64,000 bases of DNA from Camelus ferus (taxonomy: Eukaryota): NCBI RefSeq assembly GCF_009834535.1, contig NC_045698.1, positions 2,606,001-2,670,000 on the forward strand. The letters are read 5' to 3'. This document shows positions 61,531 through 64,000 of this stretch, in pieces; positions within the stretch are counted from its first letter, which is position 1; every line of letters begins with the position of its first letter. The position numbers and the translations under genes are program-made. The notes beneath the pieces are model-generated. The model searched no databases. It saw only the letters and a program-made list of their open reading frames with translations, and was not told the DNA's origin.

Positions 61531-63521
61531 TGAAGGGTTTGCTGGATCTGGTTTCATTTGTGACCCATGTGTGTGGGGAGTTAGCAAATGCCAAGTGCGT
61601 CAGGGCCCTGCTGGCTGCCAGGGCTCCGGCCCAGGACTCCCTTAAATGTGTTCTGAGATGGTTCTGATGGACTGAGTCACTCTGCCACCATCATTGTTTC
61701 TAAAAATAGCTCAGCATCACGCATCTCAGCAAGGAGATGTCTCAGGATAGCTTTGCAACGTAAATGGCTATTTTTATGTGTATGTGTATAAAACTGCCAG
61801 TCAGCAGGGCAGCCAGTGACCCGATCTTACTAACCAATGCTGTCTAGAAATCAGCCTGCTTTGGAATTGTTTCAGCAAAACAGAAGAAGTGGAAATGGCG
61901 CCTCTCTCTTAAAGGCGTTTAAAACAGGTGGGAGACGTCACATAACCCCCTTGTGACATCTGCTGTCCTTATATCCAACACACAGCCTCACGACGATTAA
62001 CTTACTGCATTTCAGGAGTGCAGTCTTCCTCCCCTGTGACCGAGTAACTTCAACACTTAGCTTCACAAGTGGTCGCTTTGGGGTCTCAAGAGAGAGACGG
62101 ACCAGACATGTACTGGGCCCCCGAGTGATTGCAATGGCTACAGCCAACGGGTGAATCCAAAGGAAAATCTGAGAGGGATTTTTACAGCATGTAAATGTAG
62201 TTAGAATGTGTGCACGTCTTAAAGCAAGAGGTGTCTGAACAATGAAAGATCATCCTGCAACCGTATCGGTACACGTGTAACTCTTAGGGACTCACAGACG
62301 TCCGTGTAAAGCTGGTGACAGAGAATTCACTCCTCATGCATGGCGCACGATGTCAGGACAGTGACGTGACTGTCCCCCAGCCGCGCTTCCTCCCGCGGGC
62401 GGCGGGCTGTGCGGAGACCTAGTGCCCTGGGCCCCGACCCCCTCCCTGTCCTGGGAGAGGCAGAGGCCCGGTGCCTGTAAGCAGGCCACCTTCCCGCTTT
62501 GTCCCCGTCTTTACTGCCTTGCAGTTTCCTTGCAAGTTTTCCTTGCAAAACTCCTACGGCAGTTGAAGGAAACAGAAATCACAAGTGAAGTGTCTTTGAC
62601 TGCGCTGTTTAATTTACTCGCATTTGATTCCTCACTGATCCTGGCTGCTCCACTTCCATGAGGACGGCTGAGCACGACGTACGAGAGGAGGCGAGTGGCT
62701 CCAGACACCAGGCTGTGGAGACACGGGGCACCGCTCTACTCAAGCTGCTTCTCCGGGGGGTGTGTCCAATGCCTGAACGACCATCTGAACACCAACCGTG
62801 GAAAACTCTGGAACCTTACACTTTAGACAGCAGGTTTAACCAGGAGCAGATGAGGAGTTAGTCAGCCCCGTCGTAACTGGACGTTTGCGACGTGTTCTGA
62901 GGTGCCCACCCTCCTTGACAGGCAAAGGGGCTCACCTGTGACCATGCGGTGAGTTTCTTCTCCCTGCAGAGGAGGTGAGTCTTAGAGGAACAAGGTCTTT
63001 AGCTCCCTACCTGCCTGGCTCCTGGAGGCCGCGTCACCTGTGTCAGTCACTGTGTTGCCTCCGGTCAGGGCTCTGGTGACGGGAGGTCTGGACGGCCCCC
63101 TCCCAGCGCGTCCCAGAATATGAACTAAAAACAGCTCCTTCATTTCGTGTAAAGCCCTTACACTTGTGGGCTGGGGGACGTGTCACCTTAGCTCATCACC
63201 CACCTGTCCCTTCAGCCGGTGGAGCAGCCTGCACTGCAGGGAGCAGTTAAGCTGGGACTCCTCCCAGGGTCACTTCAAGAAATGAATGTTCAAACGCAGG
63301 GACGTGAAGGCGATATAAACAGATGTTACGCATATCCAGTCCTGACTGTGCGTGTGTGTGTCCCTTTATTAATGCACAGATGTGTGCAGATTGTACACAG
63401 GCACACATCTTAAAATGAAATGACTTTGACCTCATTATGAGATCAACGTGTATATTTTGTCCTGTTAACTATTGAAGCAAATATAATAATGAGATCTTCT
63501 TACTTGTACTTCGTTTTCTAT

Positions 63522-63987
63522 CTTTTTATTTTTTTAATTGAAGCATAGTTGATTTAAAATGTGTCAGTCTCTGGTGTACAGCACTGTGATTCAGGTATAT
63601 ATGTCTTTTCATATCCTTTTTCATTCTATGCTGTTGCAAGATGCTGAATACAGCTCCCAGTGCTCTATAGCGGAGCCCTGTCGTTTACCTAGTTCACGAA
63701 CAGTGGTGTGCGTGTGCAAATCCCCAACTCGGAGTTCATCCTGCCCCTTCCCCTTCCCCCCAGACACTATAAGTTTGTTTTCTGTGTCTGTGAGTCTGTT
63801 TCTGTTTTGTAAATAAGTTCATTTGTGCCATTTTTTTTTTTTTTTTTTTTTTTTAGATTCCACATATGAGCGATCTCATATGGTCTTTTTCTTGCTCTTT
63901 CTGGCTTACTTCACTTAGAATGACGATCTCCAGGTCCATCCATGTTGCTGCAAATGGCGTTATTTTGTTTTATTTTTTATGGCTGAG
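63522..63987 (-). mobile_element. Cetartiodactyl L1 3' UTR, antisense
   Basis: 'ttttaattgaagcatagttgattt...tataagtttgttttctgtgtctgtgagtctgtttctg...ttagattccacatatgagcgat...ccatccatgttgctgcaaatggc'. Confidence 0.93.
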
Positions 63988-64000
63988 GAGTCTCATGACT

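Noticed and set aside
1..64000. Naming the locus or neighbouring gene
   Set aside because: No exon or uniquely recognisable sequence is present, so a genome alignment is needed.

Overview
This is mammalian, non-coding genomic DNA, most likely from a camelid (alpaca/llama/camel). The species call rests on a tRNA-derived vic-1-type SINE with target-site duplications (TSDs) at ~59.2 kb, cetartiodactyl-type L1 3' ends, and the absence of recognisable Alu, BovA/BovB or PRE elements. I find no supportable protein-coding gene, tRNA/rRNA gene or CRISPR array. The only ORF-track peptides I recognise are decayed L1 ORF2 C-termini. The window is a mosaic of old and lineage-specific L1 3' fragments, L2/MIR relics and LTR remnants, plus simple repeats. 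By eye, it shifts from AT-rich (first ~5 kb) to GC/CpG-rich. Several repeat-free, AT-rich blocks are dense in homeobox/TCF/SOX motifs and look like conserved enhancers of a developmental gene desert or large intron (inference). The most striking direct observations are: an 83-bp inverted copy of nearby unique DNA captured inside an L1; two 5'-inverted (twin-primed) L1s; an ERV-like solo LTR nested in an MLT2 LTR; a minisatellite with higher-order structure; and a strong AT-to-GC shift in old repeats. I cannot support a new biological system from the sequence alone. Repeat subfamily names come from recalled consensus resemblance, and boundaries are approximate.
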